Shown: piece by piece, positions 1-9,581 of the stretch
Numbering within the stretch: position 1 is the first letter of the stretch
How the letters are laid out: each line of letters opens with the position of its first letter
Origin: Thermodesulfovibrionales bacterium
Lineage (GTDB): Bacteria; Nitrospirota; Thermodesulfovibrionia; Thermodesulfovibrionales; UBA6898
Assembly (NCBI GenBank): GCA_044450345.1
Contig: JBIOIY010000003.1
Span: forward strand, 32,001-96,000
Direction: 5' to 3'
DNA: 64,000 nucleotides
Notes under the pieces: model-generated
Told to the model about the DNA's origin: nothing
Databases searched by the model: none
The model's input: the letters and a program-made list of their open reading frames with translations, nothing else
Translations under genes and position numbers: made by a program

Positions 1-759
1 GAAAGGGTGTCCAGAGAATCAATTATAACTACTACATGTCTGTATTCCGAAAATCGTGAAACTAAAACAGAAGGATTAAACTTAAAATTTAATCTATTCA
101 TAAGTTCTTCTTCTGATTCTATATCATCGAAATAGTCACCTTTGATAAAGAGAAGTCCGTAAGAGTCGGAGCGCTCAATTTGGTCGGCGACTTCCAATAG
201 CACCCATGTTTTACCACAACCCTTTTTTCCATTTACGAGGATTGATTTATTGCCTTCTCTGATAGAATCCATAATAGTAAGTACTTCATCACGGTATATT
301 TTCTGACCGCCAATTTTTGCGTCATAATTACGGCCTATTTGTGAAGCAACCTTAAATTGTTTGATTATTGCCTCTTCCTCTATTACCGGTGCATTATGAA
401 ATCCCCGTTCTGTCAAGATGTCGAAAAGATATTGTTGAGTGAATTTATGAGGCACTCCCATGCGCGCACTTTGTAGCGAAACCTGGCGCATGAGAAAGTC
501 ATAAACACGATGCGGCTCTGAATATAGTCGCTTTATATCTTCCTTTATCGTTCTTTCCCAACCATCATAGTCGTGATGCTCGCCAATGTTTATTTGTTGA
601 ATAATTGCGAAAGCCTCCTCTCCTGAAGCATCAATTATTTTCTTAACGTTCTGAAAGATGCCTTTTACTGTGGCAGACGCGTTGCCATCGAACATTAGAT
701 AATCTTTATAAAGACTTATTGCTTCTTTGAGACTGTGAAGCTCTCCAAAGGGGGTTCTA
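1..759 (-). pseudogene. 3' part (runs off the window) of an IS-interrupted nuclease-STAND/NACHT-like NTPase gene
   Basis: Stop-free minus-strand frame from 758 to the window edge, translated by hand: RTPFGELHSLKE...ILVNGKKGCGKTWVLL (Walker A, nt 207-230)...VVVIIDSLDTL (Walker B). In frame with the 1897-2212 part once the IS is removed. Confidence 0.85.
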
Positions 760-1896
760 GTGTAGTGCGGCGTATATAGCTTTACATATAGATGAAAATC
801 ATGTATACTACTTTTCATGAGCAGGAGAGCAGCGCAGATTGTTCTATCTTCGGAGGAACAAGCCATGATAGATATGTGGTCACGGGGAAAGCGTTTCCCC
901 GTACGATTGGTTCAGAGAGCGCAGATTATTCTGATGGCGGCAAATGGGGTGTTGAACCAAGATATTGCTGCAAAGATTGGGACAACGAGGCCCACAGTGC
1001 AACTATGGCGAGAGCGTTTTCTGGCACTTCGATTGGCCGGTTTGGAAAAAGACGCCCCACGTCCTGGCCGCCTGCCAAAGATAACAGCGGAGAAGATTGC
1101 TGAGGTGGTTGAGGCAACGCTTCATACAAAGCCTTCCAACGCGACCCACTGGAGTACGCGCACTATGGCTGCTGCTCAGGGGATTAGTGAAAAAACTGTC
1201 CGCAGGATATGGAAGCAGCACAACCTTAAGCCTCACTTGATTAAGACCTTTAAACTGAGCCGTGATAAACAGTTTGTCGAGAAACTGCATGACGTTGTTG
1301 GCTTGTATATGAATCCGCCGGATAAGGCGTTGGTGCTGTGCGTTGACGAGAAAAGCCAAATTCAAGCGCTTGACAGAACGCAGCCGGGGCTACCCATGAA
1401 AAAAGGGCGCTGCGGAACGCAGACTCATGATTACAAGCGCAATGGTACAACCACGTTGTTTGCAGCTCTGAATATGCTTGACGGAAAAGTAATAGGCGAC
1501 TGCATGCCTCGCCACAGACACCAAGAATTTATTCGCTTCCTCAAGAAGATAGATAATGAAACCCCAGCAGGCCTTGATCTGCATCTCATAGTCGATAATT
1601 ATGGGACACACAAACACCCGCGTGTGAAATCTTGGCTTAGTCGGCATCCTCGTTTCCATTTGCATTTTATCCCCACTTCAAGTTCCTGGTTAAACATGGT
1701 GGAACGTTGGTTCCGCGAAATTACAGATAAACGTATCCGTCGAGGTGTTTTTAAAAACGTTCCTGACTTGATAGCGGCAATCGGGGATTACCTGGAGAAT
1801 CATAATCAGAATCCTCGGGTGTTTGTATGGAGCGCTCCCGTGGAACAGATTCTGTCAAAAATAGCTAAATGTAAAGAAGCGTTTGCCGCACTACAC
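760..1896 (+). mobile_element. IS630-family insertion sequence, about 1137 bp, TA target duplication inside CTAG
   Basis: Perfect 15-bp inverted repeat CTAGTGTAGTGCGGC (757-771) / GCCGCACTACACTAG (1885-1899). TA at 758-759 and 1897-1898. Contains a single transposase ORF. Confidence 0.95.
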
Positions 1897-1899
1897 TAG
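817..1899 (+). CDS. IS630-family DDE transposase
   Basis: 360 aa with N-terminal HTHs (THWSTR) and catalytic motifs VDEKS, HLIVDNYGTHK, WLNMVERWF. Its TAG stop uses the duplicated target. Confidence 0.95.
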   Translation: MSRRAAQIVLSSEEQAMIDMWSRGKRFPVRLVQRAQIILMAANGVLNQDIAAKIGTTRPTVQLWRERFLALRLAGLEKDAPRPGRLPKITAEKIAEVVEATLHTKPSNATHWSTRTMAAAQGISEKTVRRIWKQHNLKPHLIKTFKLSRDKQFVEKLHDVVGLYMNPPDKALVLCVDEKSQIQALDRTQPGLPMKKGRCGTQTHDYKRNGTTTLFAALNMLDGKVIGDCMPRHRHQEFIRFLKKIDNETPAGLDLHLIVDNYGTHKHPRVKSWLSRHPRFHLHFIPTSSSWLNMVERWFREITDKRIRRGVFKNVPDLIAAIGDYLENHNQNPRVFVWSAPVEQILSKIAKCKEAFAALH

Positions 1900-2212
1900 A
1901 GTATAAATAGACTTGCCCTCTTGGATCCTTAGCCAACTGGGCTTTAGCCTTTGCAAGGATATCTCTGAGGTCATTTAAATTCCATGCTCTATGTTGTGGC
2001 TGATTCTTTTTTGCTTGGATATATGTTTTATGGCCGTCTTTATATCCAATGACAATATCCTCAATAAGAATTCGATCTTGGGTGTCAGGATGCGCAATTG
2101 CTTCTATCTGAACCCAAGACAGAGGGTCGTCGGACAATAACTGGACAACCCAATGAAGGGCAATAAGCCTTTGATACTCGTCACCTTGACTAGAATATAT
2201 GGCGGATTCCAT
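1897..2212 (-). pseudogene. 5' part (Cap4/DUF4297-like PD-(D/E)xK nuclease domain) of the interrupted STAND gene
   Basis: Motifs GDEYQ..IA..W and EDIVI...YIQAKK. The ORF-track entry 1865..2212 is 105 native codons plus 10 IS-derived residues. Confidence 0.75.
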
Positions 2213-2406
2213 TTTTTGTAGTATAAATCAACCGCCGAATGAAATTCTCTCAGATAAAGATATATTCTTTATAGCTCGTTTTGTTTTGCTTCAGGGGACC
2301 CCTTGTTCTCGAAATTTGAGCGGCAAGTGTGCTTAAGCAAGAGACGGTCATTGCAGAAACCCCTGCGTAAATAACTACAGGAAGTTATTAAGCGGGCTGT
2401 CGGACA

Positions 2407-2541
2407 TCATCTACTGCGGTGGAATAAAGGCGGCCAAACAAGCTTTATCAAAAGGACCAGAACCAATGCCAAGTAAAAAAATATGAATGTCAGAGGGGTA
2501 CCAAATAATTTAATCTTACCTTTTTTCTTAGGGCTTTTCAT
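2407..2541 (-). CDS. Putative 44-aa single-pass membrane peptide
   Basis: Hand translation MKSPKKKGKIKLFGTPLTFIFFYLALVLVLLIKLVWPPLFHRSR*, with GAGGAAG just upstream of the ATG. Too short for the ORF track. Confidence 0.5.
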   Translation of the reverse strand: MKSPKKKGKIKLFGTPLTFIFFYLALVLVLLIKLVWPPLFHRSR

Positions 2542-2750
2542 TGCGCTTCCTCAACAATTATAAATCGTACTACGCACAATTATATCAGGTTTCAAAGGCG
2601 TGAAGTACAGGAAGAAACAGATGGGTGGATTTTGTCTTTTGATAATCCTTACTTTACGCCTGCGAAGGTTCCCACATAGCTAATCCTGCAACCCGAGGTT
2701 TTCATTTTTCGTCTGAAGAAGCACACCTGCTGCAAGTGAGAAAGACAAAT

Positions 2751-3974
2751 CTACTTGACGATCAGATACTCGATAAGGGCCGCGAGGAAGATGACGACAC
2801 TCGCCGGTATGATCTTCGTATATATGCCCCACAAGTCTGCTTTGAAATATTGTCTTGTAAGTACGAGGCAGAGATGGACAGGAGACAAAAGCACGCCTAT
2901 GAACCCTGCTGCAAAGGCAAGGGAAATTCCGGAGAGTGAAGCTCCCCCCTGAATGCTTATAAGCAGGGGAAAGGTGCTTCCCACAAAACCCACGGTATGG
3001 CCGGTCAGAAGGCCTGTGATAAAGGGCAATAGGCAGAGAATCGGAAGGACGGGGATTCCCTGTTCCAGAAAAAAGGAGCTCAGGTTTCTGACGGCGCCGG
3101 ACGCCTCCATAGTCTCCTTAAAGATCATGATGCCTATGATCAGAACGATCACTTCAAGGGCGAACCCATACTTTGTTACCCGAAAGACCTCGCGAGGGCC
3201 GTACCGATAAACAAAAAAGAGAGAGAGTATTATCGCAAGAAGCGCATAATGGAGTTCAACCCGTGCGGCGATGACGAGCAACAGAACCGCTGTGACGGGC
3301 AGGAAGCTCAGCCAGTCAAACCTCCTTGCCTGCATCTTCATTGGTGCCGCCGCATCAAGTTCCTGATCCCCGGCCTTCGCTTTTTGTGAGACATTTCTCA
3401 TACCGTAGATAAAACCCATCGCCAGGAGCACCACGGCGCAGACCATGTTTGCAAAGATGAGGGAATACAGGGGAATACCCGAGACCGCCGATGCCAGAAG
3501 GATTCCCGGGTAGAGCGGGAGGATGTACTCCCAGGGGTGTCGGAACCAGTAGTTGATAAATGCCTTCTCCTCCTGGCTCATCTTTAATCCAGCCGTCGCC
3601 TCCTTAACCATGGGGGCGGAAAAGTATGCCCCACCAAGGGAGGGCAGCATGCCTATAAGGAGCGGCATTGATATTATGACCACCTTCTTATTATTGAAGA
3701 ACCCCTTCACAGAAGACATCATGGCCGACATCACGTTCTTTTCCCTGAGTATCAGTTCGAAGGTCCTGATGAGAGACAGCGCGAGTAGCAGCTTTATCGT
3801 GGTGCTGTTAAGGATCGACTTCCTGAGAGCCCCTGCGATGCTTGCGGGCCCCATTTTATAGAGCGCGGCAAGGCAGGCCGAAGCAATGAGCATCACATAG
3901 CCGATGAAGAGTTTCTTGCGGAGGAGAACAAGGATCAGCAAAAATACAAAACCGATCTTGAATAAATCAGGCAT
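2751..3974 (-). CDS. DUF401-like multi-pass membrane protein (putative transporter)
   Basis: 407 aa, hydrophobic, with GGAYFSAPMV, INYWFRHPWEY and LLSPVHLCL motifs. Confidence 0.75.
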   Translation of the reverse strand: MPDLFKIGFVFLLILVLLRKKLFIGYVMLIASACLAALYKMGPASIAGALRKSILNSTTIKLLLALSLIRTFELILREKNVMSAMMSSVKGFFNNKKVVIISMPLLIGMLPSLGGAYFSAPMVKEATAGLKMSQEEKAFINYWFRHPWEYILPLYPGILLASAVSGIPLYSLIFANMVCAVVLLAMGFIYGMRNVSQKAKAGDQELDAAAPMKMQARRFDWLSFLPVTAVLLLVIAARVELHYALLAIILSLFFVYRYGPREVFRVTKYGFALEVIVLIIGIMIFKETMEASGAVRNLSSFFLEQGIPVLPILCLLPFITGLLTGHTVGFVGSTFPLLISIQGGASLSGISLAFAAGFIGVLLSPVHLCLVLTRQYFKADLWGIYTKIIPASVVIFLAALIEYLIVK

Positions 3975-3980
3975 TGTCCG

Positions 3981-4991
3981 TTAAAGGGAATTCGAAACCT
4001 TTTTTATCTCTTCGAGCTTCTTAAGCGCCTTCCCGGAATCGATCGACTCCTTCGCGAACTCAAAAGCCTGCAACAGGTCCTGGACCCTTCCTGACACCGC
4101 GATGGCAGCAGCCGAGTTTATGAGGACAACGTCCCGCTTTGGGCCTTTTTCTCCGCGTAAGATGCTGATCGCTATCCGGGCATTCTCGTCCTTATCACCA
4201 CCCAGAAGGTCAGAGGACCTGCCCCGTTCAAGGCCAAAGTCTTCAGGCGCGAGAAACATATTTTCCACCTTCCCGTTGAAGAACCTTGACGCCTTTGTCC
4301 CATCAGAAATAGTGATCTCATCAAGGCCGTCTTCTCCGTGCACGACCATCGCGTCTTCGGCCCCGAGGTTTCCCAGTACCTCGGCAAGGATTTCTGTCAG
4401 CTTGCTGGAGAAGACCCCGAGTATCTGCCTCCTGGCGTTGGCGGGGTTTGTCAAAGGGCCGAGGATGTTGAAGATAGTCCTTATCCCCATCTCCCTTCTG
4501 GGTCCGACCGCATATTTCATTGCGGGATGAAAGAGCGGGGCGAAGAGAAAGCCGAAGCCTGTCTCGAAGAGGCATTTCTCGACCTTTTCGGGCGGCAGAT
4601 CTATCTTTATCCCGAGGGCTTCGAGCACATCGGCGCTGCCCGATTTACTCGAGACCGCCCTGTTGCCGTGTTTTGCGACAGGAACTCCTGCAGCGGCCAC
4701 CACGAAGGCGGTCGTTGTCGATATATTGAACGTATGAGACATGTCCCCGCCTGTGCCGCACGTGTCGAGGACGCCTTCCGGAGCCCTTATATGTGCGGCC
4801 TTGTCCCTCATGATCTTTGCCGCTCCGGTTATCTCCTCGACCGTCTCACCCTTTATCCTCAGGGAGGTCAGAAAGGCGCCTATCTGTGAGTCCGCCGCCT
4901 TTCCTTCCATTATCTCTTTGATGCATTCAGCTGTCTCCGACTCAGACAGGTCAATCCCGTTAATGAGCATGTTGATCGCTTCCTTGATCAT
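3981..4991 (-). CDS. trpD: Anthranilate phosphoribosyltransferase
   Basis: DTCGTGGD, NISTT, KHGNRAVSSKSGSAD and GLDE motifs. Confidence 0.97.
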   Translation of the reverse strand: MIKEAINMLINGIDLSESETAECIKEIMEGKAADSQIGAFLTSLRIKGETVEEITGAAKIMRDKAAHIRAPEGVLDTCGTGGDMSHTFNISTTTAFVVAAAGVPVAKHGNRAVSSKSGSADVLEALGIKIDLPPEKVEKCLFETGFGFLFAPLFHPAMKYAVGPRREMGIRTIFNILGPLTNPANARRQILGVFSSKLTEILAEVLGNLGAEDAMVVHGEDGLDEITISDGTKASRFFNGKVENMFLAPEDFGLERGRSSDLLGGDKDENARIAISILRGEKGPKRDVVLINSAAAIAVSGRVQDLLQAFEFAKESIDSGKALKKLEEIKKVSNSL

Positions 4992-5045
4992 CTATGTTCC
5001 CTCTCATTCTTAGGAGTTAGGCGGAATAGTATCATATAACACATT

Positions 5046-6156
5046 TTATTGTTGAGACGCCCTTATCTTGAGGAACTCGTTTATGAACCTGTCGATCCCG
5101 CCGTCCAGGACGGTGTCGACATCACCCACTTCAAGCCCTGTCCTGTGGTCTTTTACGAGCCGGTAGGGCTGCAGCACATATGACCTGATCTGGCTTCCCC
5201 AGGCGATGCCCTTCTTGTCTCCGACCAGGTCTTCCATCTTCTTGTCCTTTGCCTTCTGTTCAAGCGTAAAGAGCCTGGCCTTCAGTATCTTCATGGCGAC
5301 TGCCTTGTTCTTGTGCTGGGACCTTTCGTTCTGGCAGGCGACGACAATTCCTGACGGTATGTGTGTCAGACGCACGGCCGAGGAGGTCTTGTTGACATGT
5401 TGTCCTCCTGCCCCGGAAGCGCGGTAGGTGTCTATCTTGAGGTCCTCTTCCCTGATCTCAATAGCGATGTCGTCCTCTATCTCCGGATAGACTATCACGG
5501 CTGCAAAGGAGGTATGCCTCCTTTTGTTGGCATCGTAGGGCGAGATCCTGACCAGCCTGTGGACCCCTGCCTCGCAGCTCAGGTAACCGTAGGCATAGTC
5601 TCCGGTGAAGGTTATCGTGGCGCCTTTTATCCCCGCCTCGTCGCCAGGCTGAAGGTCGACGATCTTCGCCTCAACGCCACGCCTCTCAGCCCATCGCAGG
5701 TACATCCTCATGAGCATCTGGGCCCAGTCCTGGCTTTCTGTGCCGCCGGCGCCGGGGTGGATAGTGAGGATCGCGTTGTGATTGTCCAGTTCCCCGGAGA
5801 GAAGGTTCTGAAGTTCCAGCTTTTCGATATCCTCCCTCAGGGATTCGAGTTCTTTCTTGATCTCTTTAAAAAAGACCTCACCGCCTTCCTCATCGAGGAT
5901 CCCCAGCGACTCCTCGATGTAGGCAAGTCTGCCCTCGATAGTCTCAAACGGGGCCACCGTACCTTCAAGCCTGGATTTCTCCTTCAGAAGCTCCCGCGCC
6001 TTTTCCTGTGACGACCAGATTTCTTCTTTGGTAAGGTCCCCGCCGATCTTCGCTATTTCTTCCTTTTTCTTATTGACATCAAAGATAACCTCGGAGCGCT
6101 TCGATCTTGGCCCTCAACGAAACCATCTCTTCTTTAAGTTCTGACTGCAAAAGCAT
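5046..6156 (-). CDS. prfB: Peptide chain release factor 2, with programmed +1 frameshift after codon 25
   Basis: ATG at 6156, 25 codons to CTT TGA (6084-6079), then continues in +1 as DVNKKKEE... into the ORF carrying GGQ and the RF2 tripeptide (SPY here). Confidence 0.95.
6078..6093 (-). promoter_or_regulatory. prfB frameshift cassette (internal SD-like CGAGGT-TAT-CTT TGA T)
   Basis: Same layout as the classical RF2 autoregulatory site. Confidence 0.9.
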
Positions 6157-6158
6157 AA

Positions 6159-7706
6159 TTACCTCCAAATTTTTATATTGAGACAAAGTACAATCGATAT
6201 CACAATGCAGAGATACGAAAACAGATCGCCGTATTTTGTATAAAAGGTCAGGGTCCTGTCGGTTATTACTTCATTCGACAGGACAAGCCGCTGGAACAAC
6301 GGCGTTGCAGCCAGAATCCGGCCATTACTGTCTATGAACCCCGATATTCCCGTATTTGCAGCACGTATCACGGGCTTCCTGTTTTCTATGGCCCTGAAGA
6401 CAGCCATACTGAAATGCTGGTAAGGCCCAGCTGTCTTACCGAACCACGCATCGTTGGTGATAGTCACGATGAAATCACCGCCCTGTGTAAAAAACTTCCT
6501 TACAAGCCCGGGGAAAATTATCTCATAGCATATCAGTGTCCCGAAGCTGCCGAAGTCTGTTTCCGCCCTCTCGTACTCTTCCCCCGGGATATAGTCACCG
6601 ATCCCCACTACGAGCTTGTCTATAAAAAAAAGAATACTTCTGAGGGGGACATATTCTCCGAATGGTACCAGGTGTATTTTATCATATTCATAGATGTTTT
6701 TCCCTCCCCTGTCGAGGAGGACGGCGCTGTTCGTAAGAAGGGTCTTCCCGCGCGAACTTTCTTCCACCCGGACGCTCCCGAATAGAAGGTCAGTGCCGAG
6801 CCCCTGTTCGAAATGTGTCAGCTTTTCCGTATTTGCCTTGTCGTAATCAAACATAAAAGGGACGGCCGTTTCCGGCCAGATAATCAGTTGAGGTGATGTC
6901 TCTGCCGCCTTCGTGGAAAGGGTGAAATAGGTTTCGAGGACCTCATTCTGAAAAGCCGGCTCCCATTTCTTGTCCTGCTCGATGTTGCCCTGGATCACGC
7001 TCGCTTTGACAATGTTGCCGCTTCTTTGCTGGCCAAGCCTCCAGTGCCCGTATCCCAGGGACACTGCAATCATTATGAAAACCAAGGACATCCCCACGAC
7101 AGTGAAGGAGATCGGAAACAGGGGCATCTGCCGCACCCGCTTCTTCAGCAGGATCATGTCGGCAATGGCGCCGTTTACCATCAGGACCAAAAAAGAAATG
7201 CCGTAGATGCCTGTTATATCTGCAACCTGTATAACATGGAGAAGTTTGTACTGACTGTATCCGATGCTCGACCAGGGGACCCCTGTCAGCGCGTAGGAAC
7301 GGACAAACTCAAGGACGACCCAGAACACCGGGGCGATGAGAAGCGCGGGCAGTTTTGTATTTTTTATAATCTGGACGAAGAGAAAGGAAAATATCGCCGG
7401 ATAGAGGCCCAGATAGAGGCAGAGCAGGATGACGACGGCCACGCTTGCAAGAAACGGGACCCCGCCGAAATGGTTTATAGAGTGGTATATCCAGTAGAGT
7501 GTCCCGAAAAAGTAGGTGAAACCGAAGATATACCCTGCAGAAAATGCCTGTCTCGGCCCTTTTGTCCATAACGATATCATCAGGGGGACGAACGCCACCC
7601 ATGCAAGCAGGTAATGTTCGAATGACGGGAAGGAAAGCGTCAGCAATATTCCCGAGGCTGCCGGAAGGTAATAATCAACTACTTTTTTTATGAGAGAGTT
7701 TTTCAT
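6159..7706 (-). CDS. lnt: Apolipoprotein N-acyltransferase
   Basis: QGNI, WPE, KIHLVPFGEY, ICYE, TNDAWFG and RAIEN motifs. The start could be ATG 7706 or TTG 7721. Confidence 0.96.
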   Translation of the reverse strand: MKNSLIKKVVDYYLPAASGILLTLSFPSFEHYLLAWVAFVPLMISLWTKGPRQAFSAGYIFGFTYFFGTLYWIYHSINHFGGVPFLASVAVVILLCLYLGLYPAIFSFLFVQIIKNTKLPALLIAPVFWVVLEFVRSYALTGVPWSSIGYSQYKLLHVIQVADITGIYGISFLVLMVNGAIADMILLKKRVRQMPLFPISFTVVGMSLVFIMIAVSLGYGHWRLGQQRSGNIVKASVIQGNIEQDKKWEPAFQNEVLETYFTLSTKAAETSPQLIIWPETAVPFMFDYDKANTEKLTHFEQGLGTDLLFGSVRVEESSRGKTLLTNSAVLLDRGGKNIYEYDKIHLVPFGEYVPLRSILFFIDKLVVGIGDYIPGEEYERAETDFGSFGTLICYEIIFPGLVRKFFTQGGDFIVTITNDAWFGKTAGPYQHFSMAVFRAIENRKPVIRAANTGISGFIDSNGRILAATPLFQRLVLSNEVITDRTLTFYTKYGDLFSYLCIVISIVLCLNIKIWR

Positions 7707-7710
7707 AATA

Positions 7711-7740
7711 TTGACAATCAAAAAAGCTAATGGGTATCAT
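7711..7740 (+). promoter_or_regulatory. Probable sigma70 promoter of tRNA-Phe
   Basis: TTGACA-18-TATCAT, 10 nt before the tRNA. Confidence 0.6.
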
Positions 7741-7750
7741 GTATATCCGT

Positions 7751-7826
7751 GGGCAGTTAGCTCAGTCGGTAGAGCAGAGGCCTGAAAAGCCTCGTGTCCG
7801 CAGTTCGATTCTGCGACTGCCCACCA
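7751..7826 (+). tRNA. tRNA-Phe(GAA)
   Basis: Acceptor GGGCAGT/ACTGCCC, anticodon arm GAGGC-CTGAAAA-GCCTC, GTTCGATT T-loop and encoded CCA. Confidence 0.97.
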
Positions 7827-7868
7827 TAATTTTCTCACACTGATTTTATTGGTCTTGTCCGGTTGGAG

Positions 7869-8894
7869 TCAAGGGATAATAACGACCCTGCCGGGATTCC
7901 CCTTTTCGCCCTCGATCGAATACTTGATGCCTAGGAACTTTTCTACTACCCACAGGTTTGTCAGAAGATGGTCCGTGATGCGTGATGTGGTGAATGAGGA
8001 TTCGCCTTTTAGGGCGGCAAGGTAAGGCACGATCTGGTCTGCGAGGTGATGGTCAAGGCATGCCGAGGAATCGTAATAACTTAGGAATTCGCCGGCCGCC
8101 TCTTCGCCGACTGTTTCGGCCTTTTTCCCCCTTTCGCCGAGGGACGAAAATCCGGCTCTGCAGCCCCCTGCCATGGACTGCAGATATACAAAGGTGCCGG
8201 GACTGTAAGAGGTGACCTGAAGGGTCTCGATCTCGGCTGCAATTTTGTTTTGCTCAAGAAGGCGCAAAGCCGCCTTTCTCTGTCTGTCTGCGATGCTCAT
8301 CGGCAGGCTGCTTACGGCCGAGATGCCCCTGACCTTTTTGATCTCTCCCCTATCGATTAATGAGAGAGCTTCTAATTTGCCGGAAGGGGAGACTTCCGCA
8401 GTAATCTTCCCGCCGCCCTTGGGATAAAAGCCATAATTTACGATTGAGGTCTGCACCCTTATGCCGAGTCGGGAGAGCATCGGGGCGAAGATATCGGAGA
8501 TGAACTGATAAGGTGGACTGAAAGGCACATGAGTTCCGCCGGTCAGGGTAACCCGTGATCCTTCCTTTGCGAAAATCAGAGGAGGCAGAATTGCCTGGAG
8601 GAGCAGAGAGGTCGATCCTGCGGTCCCTATGTCGAAGAAGTAATCGCCCGGTTTTGGATCACCGGGTTCGAAGACCAGTTCGGTAGAGCCTATCGCATCG
8701 CCATGCACCATTGCACTTGAAATGAGGGCGAGTGCATGCACGCAAGTGAGATGCTGGGGCATGAGTCCTGGCCTCTTGCGGCCCTTCCTTATATTGAACA
8801 TCCGAAAGGGTTTCCTTAAAAGACAGGACAGACTCAAGGCCGTCCTGAGTATCTGTCCCCCCGCCTCGCCGAAACTCCCGTCGATCTCGATCAT
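7869..8894 (-). CDS. rtcA: RNA 3'-terminal phosphate cyclase
   Basis: IDGSFGEAGGQILRTAL, QHL, GFYPKGGG and HLLTN motifs. Likely start is ATG 8894. Confidence 0.95.
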   Translation of the reverse strand: MIEIDGSFGEAGGQILRTALSLSCLLRKPFRMFNIRKGRKRPGLMPQHLTCVHALALISSAMVHGDAIGSTELVFEPGDPKPGDYFFDIGTAGSTSLLLQAILPPLIFAKEGSRVTLTGGTHVPFSPPYQFISDIFAPMLSRLGIRVQTSIVNYGFYPKGGGKITAEVSPSGKLEALSLIDRGEIKKVRGISAVSSLPMSIADRQRKAALRLLEQNKIAAEIETLQVTSYSPGTFVYLQSMAGGCRAGFSSLGERGKKAETVGEEAAGEFLSYYDSSACLDHHLADQIVPYLAALKGESSFTTSRITDHLLTNLWVVEKFLGIKYSIEGEKGNPGRVVIIP

Positions 8895-8995
8895 ACTTCG
8901 ATTATAGCCGCTATTGCCTTGCGGAGTAGCTTCGGCCATTGACACCCCCAATGCCCGTGGTTATCATAGACGATGATTTATGCTATGGGGATAGC

Positions 8996-9010
8996 GTCGA
9001 TTACCATTAG
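8996..9010 (+). pseudogene. 3' tip of a deleted higB toxin gene
   Basis: Reads GTC GAT TAC CAT TAG (VDYH*), the usual HigB C-terminus, 15 nt before higA. Confidence 0.5.
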
Positions 9011-9025
9011 AGAGGTGGGAACAAT

Positions 9026-9331
9026 ATGAAAAAGCGTGATTTTCCTCCAATTCATCCCGGAGAAATTCTGGTTAAGGAGTTTCTGGAACCCTTGGGAATC
9101 AGCCAGTACAGGCTTGCCAAGGACATAGGCGTTACGCCGCGCCGGATTAATGAAATAGTGCATGGTCGTCGCGCTATTTCGGCTGATACTGCGCTGCGCC
9201 TCAGCCAGTTTTTCGGTATGGAAGCTCAGTTTTGGATGAACCTACAGTCCCGCTATGATATGGAAGTCACCCGTGATCGACTTCAAGATAAGATCAAGAA
9301 AGAAGTTCGTCCGTTCACACGCGCGGCATGA
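9026..9331 (+). CDS. higA: HigA-family antitoxin (HTH-XRE)
   Basis: PIHPGEIL...RINEIVHGRRAISADTALRL...FWMNLQ motifs. Confidence 0.93.
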   Translation: MKKRDFPPIHPGEILVKEFLEPLGISQYRLAKDIGVTPRRINEIVHGRRAISADTALRLSQFFGMEAQFWMNLQSRYDMEVTRDRLQDKIKKEVRPFTRAA

Positions 9332-9345
9332 GGGTTGATCACGGA

Positions 9346-9394
9346 ACCCAACCAATCGCTCAACCCAACGAATGGATTAACTCATTCGCCGGCC
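9346..9394 (+). other. Degenerate attC-like site
   Basis: ACCCAAC-caatc-GCTCAACC...GGATTAAC-tcattc-GCCGGCC. The left half is nearly identical to the 10641 site, but the right core lacks GTT. Confidence 0.4.
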
Positions 9395-9581
9395 TGCCCT
9401 CATCTTCTGTGCAGCCTCGCGGCGCACGTCCACCGGAATTAAACAGTTTATTCTTGACACTGATCGCGGAGGCAAGGTATAAAATAGCGTCCGATTGATA
9501 GAAGAAATGGTGAATCAAGGGACGGAGTCCATGTGGGGATATAAAGAAGTTAACCTAGAGATGACTAATATAAGAATCCGC

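Noticed and set aside
792..1665. Short alternative-frame ORFs within the IS
   Set aside because: Shadows of the transposase with no motifs.
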